A DNA stretch of 64,000 bases, from contig CBDBCZ010000017.1 in NCBI GenBank assembly GCA_965203295.1, positions 2,208,001 to 2,272,000 of the forward strand. Reading direction: 5' to 3'. This document shows positions 11,201-22,035 of the stretch, piece by piece. The stretch's first letter is position 1; each line of letters starts with the position of its first letter. The stretch comes from Nitrospirales bacterium. Lineage in GTDB: Bacteria; Nitrospirota; Nitrospiria; Nitrospirales; UBA8639. A program made the translations under genes and the position numbers. Under the pieces are notes generated by a model that did not search any database, was not told the origin of the DNA, and worked only from the letters and a program-made list of their open reading frames with translations.

Positions 11201-14200
11201 ATCTTATTAAAATATACAACAGTGCATTATGCTTATCTTATACGGCATCATTAAAATATATAACAGTGTGTGGTGCAGTGAACTTACATTTGTCTTCTAT
11301 TTCAGAGAGTCTAGACATGATAGTGCCTAACATGATCAAGCAAATGAGTGTAAATCAAGGGCCACTCACAAAAAAGAGAGGGAAAAAACTGTAGTTACAT
11401 TGGGAAATTTTCACTCGTAGAAATATTCATCTGTTAAATTTTTACATTGTTCTATTATTGCCGCTTTTTAAGACCAAAAGTGTAACTTCATTGGTCGGCG
11501 TTAAATGTTTTTACATGTTTAGTTTTCATCGTCGTAGGGCACTGACGAACTTTATTAATGACGGAAAGTTCCCGATCTATAGTATAGATCTATCACTGTG
11601 ATTCTTGTGTAAATAATTTGGGAAGTAAAAGGCCAAACATCATGAACTATATGGTTTAGGACAATATGGCGAGACATTGCTCTCGTGGGCAGTATTTTCC
11701 CTCACCTGCTGCCCGGGAAAAATACTTGTACACATTCATACAATATCTCACCATATTGCCCACTAACCCAGGTAATAAGGTGTATTTATAACAGTTTTTG
11801 GGCTTCTATGCAGATGAGATTGCAGTGGCACCTGTGTCCAAAAGCATTACAACCAGATGGTAGCTATAATCCACAAGCATGACAGTCACATGTGTAGTTT
11901 AATTACATATATGGAAACAAACACATGTGCATGCATGCCGTGTCCTAGTTACCTATAGATCAACTATATAGCCACATTATTATGATAACACTCTACATAG
12001 CCAGCTGAAATGTACCAACAGCTTCACCAAACAAGTCTGTGGTCCAGCCTGGTCCCATTTGTAAATTATGCAGCACAGGGTAAGTCTCTCAGAGATTTTT
12101 ATGTATTTGGTAATAGCAGCTGAATCCTTGCACTGTGAGAGTGCTACCTTTGCCCTAAATTGTACAGAAAGAAGCTCACCAACTAACTTACTAATTGCTT
12201 ATGGTATCTGGTGCCACAGCAGTGCTAGTGCACATGGCTTTATAGACAATGTCTGACTTCTTAGAGCTGGCTTTTGTAAACCAAACTCCCCCTGTTACAC
12301 AGTAGCTACACAAACCAATCATGATTTTAAAGCCTCGTTCCAAGCCTCCACCCAGCTTTGTCGCTTGAAATATGTTAAGCAGGGAGTAGGCCTGAGTGAT
12401 TCTATCATGTGAGCAATGTTACAGTAATTAAAACCAGAGAATGCAGTTGGCCCATGCATTTAATTTGCTACCCTAGAAAGGTTAGTAATAGCTATTACAC
12501 AGCTAACCGAGAATGCCTTCAGTGAGGTGGAATGTTTTGACTGAGCATATGCACTCACTGCGTACATGAACCACTTCAGAAAGAGTACAAGGCACACAGT
12601 GACTACTGGTTAGTATCAATATATACAGCTACATGTAAAACATTACAAATGCTACACAGTGGATCGATTCTGGTTGTGCATAGAGGCTACAGTCCTTGTA
12701 TGCCTATAGTTGTTTCTATAGAACATGAAAAGTGGCTTCCAGCCCGGTTAATAAATCAGGAGTTCACATTGTGGATTGTGTTGCCACGTTACGATTGTTG
12801 TATATCCATGCATTATATGGACCACGTGAACATTTACAACAACTTACCATCATCGTCAGTAATGGAGATGGGAGCTAAAGCTGTTTGCAATGAGACTTGC
12901 CCCCTGGGGTTGCTTTGTAGACTCAAGGAAACAGTGAACATTTCCTCAAATTCAATTAAGTCATCATCAATGATTGTAATATTAAAACACTGCGGGGATA
13001 ACAGGTTAGCGGAATCAAATGTCAGAGTCATGACTGCTGGTGAGAAAGTCCAGGCGTAGTCCTCACCACAACCTTTGTGAAGAGAGACGACATATTAGCT
13101 TATGATCTCCATCAACTACTAGTATAATTCATGTGATGATCATATACCTATCGCTGTTCCATCAGATAGTGCTATGTCAACCTCATAGCTTTCACCAGCA
13201 ATGTCATTGAGGTTTCCAGTACCCACTGAACCGGAAACGCACACCTCCACATTAGGAACACCTTCCGTTCCATCATAGCTGGTTGCATCAAGGGTCAGGA
13301 AAACAGCGGCTAGGAAATGATTATTAATTCAACATTGGTACATTCTCCCATTTTTTATTGACAGCCAAAACATTATACAGAATAGTACATGTATGAATAG
13401 TATATTATAATATTATTGTGGCTACAAGAGAATCTCATACATGCATACATGTATCCCTGAAATATAATGTTTTGGCTGTCAATAAAAAATGGGAGAATGT
13501 ACCAATGTTGAATTAATAAAGCTTGACATGTGGAGAATATAACTGCTTTGATCACTACCAGGTACACAATGTATGCGTTTGGGATTTTGCTATAGGCAAT
13601 CATTTAGCCATGTAATTGTACTGGACAGACGGACAAATAATAGAATGATATAATAAACAGATGGACAAACCAATTGCTTTATTGCTGGCCTCAGTCCCAT
13701 GGCCAGGTTAAACTACTTAAGATGAACAGGGACAGCTAGCCTTGGTCATAGTGTATACTGTATACTACCCAACGATAAAGTTTTAAGCTAAAAGGAGGCG
13801 TATATATATACTACCCAAGTATAAAGGAAAAGGGGGGAAAATAATAAACTAGGCCTAATCACTACTCAAGTATAAAGTACACTGGGCGAGTGCAAAGTTT
13901 GTTGGGTGAGCAGAGCATTAGAGTTTCACAACTCAGTCTGTCACAAGAATAGTGACAAAATAACTCTGCAATCAATCACGACCTTGACTGGAATATTTTC
14001 GTGAGCTAGGCTGTTGCTTATACTATAGACTAGTGACGATTCATTCATTGGCAATGCTAAGCTATGAAAAGCGTCTGGTCGTCAAAAGATTGGCATCTCT
14101 GTGTGCAGCATAGTCTTAAGGGTCAGCCAAAACAATTTTAAACTATACCGTACTTATACATTTGTCGCTAGTCTAGCACTAGCCTGGCTCGCGAAAATAT

Positions 14201-16332
14201 CCCAACCTTGCCACGCCCAGATCCGAATTGATTACTTAATCATTTCCTCGCTATCCTTGTGACAGACAACGTGAGTGCAATATACGTTGGATGAGCAGAT
14301 CACTATAGGGTTTCACAACTCACCCACTGTACTTTATACTTAGGTAGTGTTTAGGCTTACATATATTATATGCAATGATTATAACTTCTGGGAAGTTGTT
14401 ACATATAAAAGGATTGTTGAACACTAGAGAAGATATCCATACTGACCAAACCCTGGTCATGTAAGGCATGTTAATATTGTCCCCTACCAGGTATTATGTG
14501 AACTATGGATGGCATTGCAGTTTCCACGATTCTGTACTATTACAATAACACACTGCACACTCAATCTCTACTTGGTGTATCTCATACATTATGCAGACCA
14601 TTTAAGCCTTCAATACATAGAAGTACATACGAACCACTTGTAGTTTTGGCAATGCATGTATGGACTTTTGACACTTCGGAGATGGAATGTTAAAGTATCT
14701 GCATCAAAAGTTTTGCTTACAAACTGTGTTATTATCACTTACGGAAGCAAAGACCAAGGATAGGATCGCCAGAGAAGTCCGGTGTGTACCCAGTCAGACA
14801 ATTCCCGCAGTTTTGACCAAATGCGGTAGTAACACATTCTCGTGTGAACTCGCAGCCTCCATAGTAAGGAAGACGGCACTTGTCTGCAAATAAAAAATAC
14901 ATAATTATATTTAGTTTTAGTAAAAGCCAGAGGAGGTTGGACACGGTCATGTGACAGCCTACGTGATCGTGAGTTGTATGAATTCTCTATGGAGCTGCCT
15001 GTACAAAAGTAGTTTAGTCCAGTTTTGGCAAAGTTCTGCTATCAATATACAAGAAACGCATATTGTTGGAATCTGCTTGTGATGCGCTTTTAGAAAAGCG
15101 AGCCAACCCCGTTCAACCCCTGCATGGGTAATTGCAGAGCTACGGTCGTTTAAATATCTAGCTATTGGCAAGGCGAGACTACATACTGGATTCTATCTAG
15201 TAAGGGAAAGATGCTGCCCGTATAGGTCCGTTCCAGCCATCTTGCAGCAATCTACAGGCTATTGCAGCTTTATAACGAGCTATGCTTACCTTCTCAGTGA
15301 GCTAATTGCATGCTGGAATGCAACGTGGAATGTAATAATCATGGATAATATAGTTTACGTGTCTATATTATCCATGGTAATAAAAAGTGCAGCAAAAGGC
15401 ACGTGACTGCGCACATTAATGAATGCGTGTCCAACCTCCTCTGGTAAAAAGCTAATGGAGAACAAAATGTAGCTTTGGTTTTAGTTAGCCAAAAAAGGTT
15501 ACTAAAACATTTTAGTATTCAGCTATAACTAAAATAATGGGCTAATTTTGGTTTAGTTTAGTTGTAGTTGACTCCCTGAGGCCAGTGTCCTTGAAGTTCT
15601 AACTTTTAAATTAGTATTAGTTAACTAGACCTGGTTTTGCTCCTACTAAAAACGCTTTTTGTTTAATATAACTAAAACAACACTACGCATGAATGCACGG
15701 GTTCCATCATAGATAATATACCTCCTTCCCCGGGTATATTATCTATGGTTCCATACATACATAGATCCAATATTATGTGCATGCATGATTGTACATGTAT
15801 TCAGTACGCATTCAATCCTTAGCTTTACTTGAAAATCGATCCTTGGTAGGCGCATGCACGTTTTGTTTGGGATGGTGCATGAGTTAGGATACAACTTACT
15901 TTCGCAGATGAAACTTCTTTCGTCAACTCCAAAACCACATTGATCAATACCGTCGCAGAGGGCCCCCAGCTGAACGATTTCCTCACCCGTGCACCGAAAC
16001 TCCCTCGGGTTTCCGAACAAGCCGACGCCTGCATCAGTGCGTTGAAGAGAAAAGATCGCCACTATAGACAGCTGCATGCATGTAATAGCAGTGGTTTACT
16101 TACAGTCCAAGCTCGCAAAGTCATCTCCTTCGTCTATACCGCCCGGACAGTCGTCAACTCCGTCGCAGAGCTGATCCGTAGTGAGACACCTGCCAGTAGT
16201 AGGACAGGAGAGATTGTCATCTCCGCACGGCAAGGCAAAGCCAGTCACATTGTTCTGAGTGTCAACGCGCCGGAGTATTAGAAGCAACAGCGGAACCACT
16301 AGCCACTGCTTCATGGCTCTGCGCCCATGCAT
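7171..16332 (-). CDS. Multi-exon adhesion GPCR (signal peptide, 2x LDLa, EGF-like, Calx-beta, GAIN/GPS, secretin-type 7TM); possibly pseudogenised
   Basis: GT-AG exons read on minus strand: 16332-16104, 16028-15900, 14883-14743, 13309-13148, 13072-12848, (11326-11288?), 11171-11004, 10511-10435, 10373-10271, 10200-10140, 10038-9843, 9698-9592, 9522-9477, 9406-9300, 8946-8810, 8747-8475, 8227-7171. Most junction phases agree. GPS motif CVSWDF...GNWTSEGC...CRCNHITNFAVLV; TM6/7 LLGLTWVFG, FNSSQGFFLFLFFC. Confidence 0.9.
8475..8946 (-). CDS. aGPCR TM1 exon (8946-8810) and TM2-TM4 exon (8747-8475)
   Basis: ALDVISIVGVVLSLIGIILTITTLLAF; KFHVQLCIAIF...GCVTVSALIQYCTLVAFMWMGAEAL. The phase mismatch between these exons implies a 1-nt frameshift. 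Confidence 0.85.
8889..9038. repeat. 73-bp tandem duplication spanning a splice acceptor and the start of the TM1 exon
   Basis: cagctcagctccagcagacagttggctgcacccatcccttctaatacaaatatcctacagtgtacaggaggcc occurs twice. Confidence 0.95.
9300..11171 (-). CDS. aGPCR GAIN domain exons ending in the GPS autoproteolysis motif
   Basis: LPASLF..., GSPVVAATV, CVSWDF, WTSEGC, CRCNHITNFAVL (H-I/T cleavage consensus) across short GT-AG exons. Confidence 0.85.
9705..9827. mobile_element. One-ended remnant of a TA-CCGTA (pogo/Tc1-like) MITE
   Basis: Ends ...ttatcccgattctacggTA; repeated gggtgcttatt motifs; shares tattcatgggg with the 36409-37495 element. Confidence 0.65.
11392..11584. mobile_element. Degenerate MITE
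   Basis: Imperfect terminal inverted similarity: tgggaaattttc ... gaaagttcccgatctatagta. Confidence 0.45.
12848..13309 (-). CDS. aGPCR Calx-beta domain (2 exons)
   Basis: SYDGTEG..VEVCV...DGTAIGCGEDY...LTFD...CFNITIIDDDLIEFEEMFTVSL...ISITDDD. Confidence 0.85.
13321..13519. repeat. Perfect 57-bp inverted repeat with 85-bp spacer
   Basis: 13321-13377 is the exact reverse complement of 13463-13519. Confidence 0.9.
13862..14348. mobile_element. MITE with imperfect TIRs
   Basis: ctactcaagtataaagtaca ... tgtactttatacttaggtag; internal ctgtcacaag / cttgtgacag symmetry. Confidence 0.6.
14743..16332 (-). CDS. aGPCR N-terminal exons: signal peptide, two LDL-receptor class A repeats, EGF-like module
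   Basis: MKQWLVVPLLLLIL; CPTTGRCLTTDQLCDGVDDCPGGIDE; FRCTGEEIVQLGALCDGIDQCGFGVDE; CRLPYYGGCEFTRECVTTAFGQNCGNCLTGY; phase-1 junctions are consistent. Confidence 0.8.
14928..15443. mobile_element. hAT-like MITE
   Basis: Perfect TIR cagaggaggttggacacg / cgtgtccaacctcctctg; flanks gtaaaagc and gtaaaaagc resemble an 8-bp TSD. Confidence 0.7.
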
Positions 16333-17390
16333 GAAGCGACAACTTTCTGCAGTTAATATGCCAGTACACTACAAGTGGGAGCTACTACAAAAACCCAGCA
16401 TGCACGTGTTTGCGTATATTATACGCATGGCACCTGGTCCAATAAAACTCATTTTACATACTTTTAGAGACTGTAATTTGCCTGTACCACACCGCGATGG
16501 GTCCACACAGAGATGGTTTTTTTCTTGTGCAAGATAGAGCAAACCAGAAGCCATCCAACTGGTCAACAAAACACTTGGCTTGCTTCAAATAGATTCAAAG
16601 TACTATTGTTCCAAATTGTTTTCATTTCCCTCATATAAGGGCTTCCTCGCCACGTGCACATGCAGTGAGCTGCAGTTGCTTCAATGAGATAGTATATAGC
16701 TATATAGCTATATAGCTATGCATGTTTAGCTAGCTATATAGCTGATTGTCTTAGCTAGCTACACAGAATTTTAGAAGTTCGTGATGAAAATTTTTCTTGC
16801 ATCAGGCTCATTGCGTGGGAGGAATGTTGAAATTTGGAATTTTGGAATTTTATTGGAGCTTTAGGTCAGGGTGGCCCATAAGCTATACAAAAACAACAAT
16901 TTGAAACACTATTATTTCAAAATATATAACACTATTGTAGGTATCTACTCCTCAGTTTGCATAAAATAAAAACAAAGTACATGTAACCAATCAACTTGTA
17001 AAACCTATCCTCTAAATCGTCTCTCATTATAAAATTAAACTGTATGCTATCTTGCATGTTGGATACATAGCTAGCTAGCTACTACTAGCTAATTTCAATG
17101 AACACAGACTATCTGAATGTGCATGGTGTTAACCTGGGCATCGTATAAAGTGAACTTTATCCTCTGTTTCAAGTGTGCATGCATGCAGGGCATAAACGTG
17201 CTGACCTCTCAGGAGGACTGTGGTGGTGTCGTGCTTTCTCAATTTCCAAATTATGATTAGATGTCCTTAGTTTTACTGAGTGCAATCTTGTGTGCTGGAA
17301 TAGTTACAGCTGCTAAATACGAACTCTTTGCATGTGTCACTTTACAAGCTTTCAGTACTCCAAGTTTGGAAGTATTGCCCACTGTGTTGA

Positions 17391-17657
17391 CTATGGCATT
17401 CTTATAGTGGAGTTGTAATTTGGTGATTCAGAATAGTACTTCGTAAGTGTCAAAGGATCTGCGACATTAACTCCAAGTTCTACCAGGGTATCACTGAGAT
17501 GCTGGAACCATGGTGTCTGTTCCCTTTGATGGACGAGTAATGCTTCTTTCAGTAAAATGTGGTCACTATTCCCGATCCTGTACCACCAGCAGATGACCTT
17601 GATCTTTAAAAACATTTCAATAGGGTATTCCCCAAGCTCGATCTGTATCTCCTGCAA
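17391..17657 (-). mobile_element. Non-LTR retrotransposon ORF2 C-terminal fragment
   Basis: ELGEYPIEMFLKIKVICWWYRI resembles the post-RT ELG.YP....R..KYW.R motif of LINEs. Confidence 0.55.
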
Positions 17658-17984
17658 GTTGGTCCGTTAGAGACTGTAGCTGTGATTGGACACCTTCTGT
17701 AGTCATATGCTCTATAAAATACTACACATTTTGTGCTGAAATGTGGTAGTATTGACCACTTTCCTTCCCCTTCTCATCTAGTTCCAGCTCATCTCGCTCT
17801 GTTAAGTCTTCTAACAACATGGCTGCTGTGCTCCCTTTACTCTCTTCTTGAAGTTTCGTTGACACGTGCACAATGCAAGTTGAAGATAGGTTCAGACAGC
17901 TTGCATGGATGGTGGCAGTAGAGCAAAGTCACTCGTATACAATTAATTACTGCATATGTGACGCTATGAAGTAATTCGCAACGA

Positions 17985-18404
17985 AACAAAGGGCAAAATA
18001 TTATTATGGCTACAAATATCTCATGAACAATTAAACCTAGATGAGGATCTTTTCCTGTGTACGTGCATGTTACATACCTCCTGAGCGGGTACAAAATCTG
18101 GGAGCAACTTGAACAGGATCTGATTAATATTCCAAACCACTCTTATATTATTATTATTAAAGGTGATTTAAATGCAAGAGTGGGTACTTTGCTCAATTAC
18201 GTGCAAGAGAATGATTTTTTTCGAGAAATTATCCCGGAAGATACCCTACTGGACCAGGCAAATATGGACCTGAAAATCAACACGCATGGGAGGTGCTTGA
18301 TAGATCTACGTTTAAAAACACAATTGCTGATTCTGAATGGACGACTACACCATGATCAAGGCTTAGGCCGATACACATTCCTTAGTAAACTTGGATGTAT
18401 GTAG
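17985..18404 (+). mobile_element. Non-LTR retrotransposon AP-endonuclease fragment
   Basis: IIIKGDLNARVG...NTHGRCLIDL...LLILNGRL...GRYTF (Exo_endo_phos motifs); truncated. Confidence 0.8.
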
Positions 18405-18693
18405 ACACATGGCCTAAGCAACTGGCATCAGCCTAGTTTAACAAATCAGAGGAAAAAGCAGTACATGTACATACGCTGGTGAAGAAAGGGTGAGTTGTTA
18501 TTGAGAGTCTTTCATATTGTTGATTAGCTAAAGCCAAATGGAGCAACTTCTATAATAGAATACATATGTCCAACACAGAGTATTTTTATTTACACCCATC
18601 CGTCAACAGCAAATCAGTGTACATGTAATGAGTGCATTGAGTATGGATAGAGATGCCCTTTTAGTTTTCATGTACTTCGTAATGCAAACTTAC

Positions 18694-20669
18694 CAGTGCA
18701 GCAATGTCTTCAGTGCCATAGGTAGTGATGACGGCACTAGTGTCATCAAAATCTCCGGTATAAGCATACAGTACTTGAATGTGTAGGGATGTTATAACAT
18801 CTTGACACACGATGCCAACAGACCCCCTGTTGTGTGTGTGTGCAAACAGAGTCTTCCTGTTAGTATGTCAGTTCCTTTATTAATGCTGGGGATAACTAGT
18901 CTACAATGATGAATGCATTACCAATACTGATCACAGTAAACTCATGCATACATGCAGTGTCACACAAGCACATAACTAATAAATAATGAAAGCACTGAAG
19001 TGTAAACCTCACCCAGCATTCTTAGACTATAAATGTCACGTACATTTTGGTTAAAGGCTAGTCCCGTATGCTACCACTAAAAGGGGTGGCTTTTATGATG
19101 TATATGATTGGTTCCGCCAAGCAAACGGTAATTGCTAGCACAATATTCAAAACTATGTCATTCAGAGGTCGAAGTACATAATGGCCGACAGCTCAGTTTG
19201 TGCAGCTTAGTTATATACACGAGCAGACGGAGATGCAGCGTTTGATGTACCAGTATAGCCTGTACAGAAGCAGACCACTGCGGGCATAGCCTAGTAACAG
19301 GCATTGTGCATTAAATATGCTACAAGCCAACTCACAACCGCCAGAAGAATGTTGTTTTGCTACAAGCAAACCCACAAAAATGCTGTTCGAGAATAGAAGC
19401 ACGTGTAGTCATGTAAAGAGCTAGAGCCCTACGTGCTACCCCGTGACCCATTAAGGGGTGTGGTTTGCCACATCAAAAGCCTACTTCTAGAGCTATTCAT
19501 GTACATGTAAACTCAACAGATGATATTTTTCCTATTGATGTAGTGGTTCACTAAGTTAGCCTATACATTACTACTTGAGAAGGATTTGTACCCAGGCTTC
19601 CTCTCCACCTCTTTTGTACAGTGCCTAAAAGCTGGGAGAGGAGCCTGCATGGATGAGTTTATGATAAATGGATTGGTTGCCTTATAGTGTAATAAATTTT
19701 TACAGCATTTAAATGTTGTGGGTTTGTAACTGGGTCAAGATAAGACTTTCTGGAGCCATAGTGATCACAAGGATAACAGTCTCATTTCCATGAATTAGCT
19801 ATGGCGATATTCTTAGCTGATTCAGTTTTACCAGCCAATATACATTTAATAAGTATCCACATTTGCAGTCCAGCTGTGAAAATCAAGGCTGTCAGGCAGC
19901 ACATTGTATGACAATCAACTTGACTGCATGGCCTAGCTGGGAACAATATAATCCTTGTCCATTGTTTAACATCCAGTATTATTCTTCCCTCTCTCCTCCA
20001 CACAGCCTCACTAACCTGGTAGAAGTCTCTGTATGTCTCCATCTCGAGCTGTAATTAAGGCCGGCTTCCTGGTCCCCCATATGTTTCAAGCTGTGAGGAG
20101 AACTGCTCCACAGTGCCAACGAAATCTGGGTCATCAAACATCAGCCTGGAAGGGTCTGAAAAGAAAACAGCTTACAGAGTTGTAATTAAGAACAGTTGGC
20201 AACCCCCAAAAAAGAAAATGATACAAATGTATTTAAAGGACAACAGTGAAATCCCTCTATTGTGGACACCTTGGGGACATGGTATAGTGTCCTGTATAGA
20301 TAGGTGTCCACATTTCAGGGGTAAATTCTTATTAAGATGGGACATAGCAAAGTGTCCTCAATATAGAGGTGTCCATAATTCAGGGATGTCCTTTATGAGG
20401 GGATCCACTTAATTTATAAGGGGAGACAGTGACTATAGTTTTTACTTGCGAGTTCTAAGGTTGATTCTGAAAACCGATTTTGAATTCTCTATTTGCTATA
20501 GCCTTGTAAATTTTTTGAGGGTGGGGGGCTTCATATATGAGAATTTAATGTCCTGTATCACTTACTGCGATCCCTCTGCACACAAAATGCTCCGGGATTT
20601 GGACATGAACACGAGCGAAGAGAAGAGCGTAGGATGTCATCTGACTCAAGGTATACTTGGTCCACTGGG
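18694..20669 (-). pseudogene. TCTN: Tectonic-like (ciliary transition-zone) gene remnant
   Basis: Exons 20669-20566 and 20155-20016 splice to NPGAFCVQRDRNPSRLMFDDPDFV...FYQ (cf. TCTN1 NPSIFCIHITN...LSFINP) with an in-frame TAA at 20057-20055. Exon 18900-18694 reads CQDVITSLHIQVLYAYTG, like the tectonic C-terminal region. Middle exons are absent. Confidence 0.6.
20243..20410. mobile_element. Tigger-like MITE
   Basis: cagtgaaatccctc ... gaggggatccact termini; internal ggacac/gtgtcc repeats. Confidence 0.6.
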
Positions 20670-21908
20670 CTTTAGGGACAAACAGTGGAGCAGTACAGCA
20701 AATTCATAAGCAAATCTATTTGCCCGAAAACACACCATAGTAGTATCAGCTATCAGGTATATATGGTGTAAATGTCATGTTACGTAAACAATGAAATTGA
20801 GGGGGTCTACATATTTACAGCCCTGTAATTACAAACCCTCAGGGCCTGTAGGTTTTAGATCCCTATAAGACATTTATACTAAATTGGTTCTCACAATAGC
20901 AACAATTAAGCTGGCTAACTGTGAGACGACTCTAATCTCGAGTTTTCCAGCCACCAACAACAGCTTCACTGTTGGAACCTAAATTCAGAAACTGATTCAC
21001 AGACTGATCATGACATCATGGAGACCTATCTCAGCTGCTTTTGAGTGCAGCACCACTAGCAGTGGCAAGTGGGCAATTGTGCTGCAAAATCGCTAAATTG
21101 TGCTAGAATTAGCGCTCTCAAATGTACGTAAGTCACCTGAAGATCCAAAGGAATTTTGTCCCGAAACTAGCTACCTGCAATACAACTAGGGCCAGGCCGC
21201 ACCCACATACACCACCCATCACAACCGATGACCCGCCCCTTTGCCATCATCCAGGCGATAAACAATTAATGTTCCGTACCGATGCGCAACTTGTACTCGT
21301 CCGGTTACGCAACGCAACCCGACGCCGGTTGCGTAAAACCATATACACCTCCACGTGGTCGATCGAACTTGCAGACTACTTGCAGGACCAGAGACGGTAT
21401 GCAGTGGCTTGCACTGTGTGGGCAATTCGAAATCTGGAAACAATTTAGTATGGAGTTGTCATTGGCCAGATCTGCGAGCAAGTGAGTCCTTAGATTTAGG
21501 GATTGGTACGACTTATTTCTGCATGAACGTGCGCTCTCATCAGCTATCAATCCGTAATATTTCTTTGGCTGCACTATAATAAATCGTAGGTGGATGCAAA
21601 ATAGTCTCGTTTCCAGACCCTCTGCGCGAACCCCACACGCGGATCCTTGGAGTGTTGAAAATTTCATCTGTACTTTAATAAGTATGATGTAATTTCCGTA
21701 AAAAAAAATTGCCACCATGTGTTCATTTGTTTACGAGTCGGACAGTGCGTGGTTAGCCTGCATACACCATATGTGATATCTGTGGACGGGGGGTTGTTCA
21801 TGGTGATGCTGTGGTACTCCGTCCCTGCTTCCTGTGCAAAAGAGAGATTGCTAACTGCCGTAACTGCCGGATTCTTTATGGTGACTCGCAGCCACCAAGC
21901 ACTTCCTA

Positions 21909-22035
21909 CCGGTGTACGCGCAATATTGGGACCCCCCAAAATGGGGACCCCCGGTCCCCATATCACTAGAGATATGGGGACCGGGGTCCCCGAAATCTGT
22001 AGCGATATGGGGACCGAGGGGCCGCAAAGCGCTGG
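21909..22035. mobile_element. DNA-transposon end with subterminal palindromic repeats
   Basis: ccggtgt start followed by repeated atggggacc / ggtcccc motifs. Confidence 0.5.
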
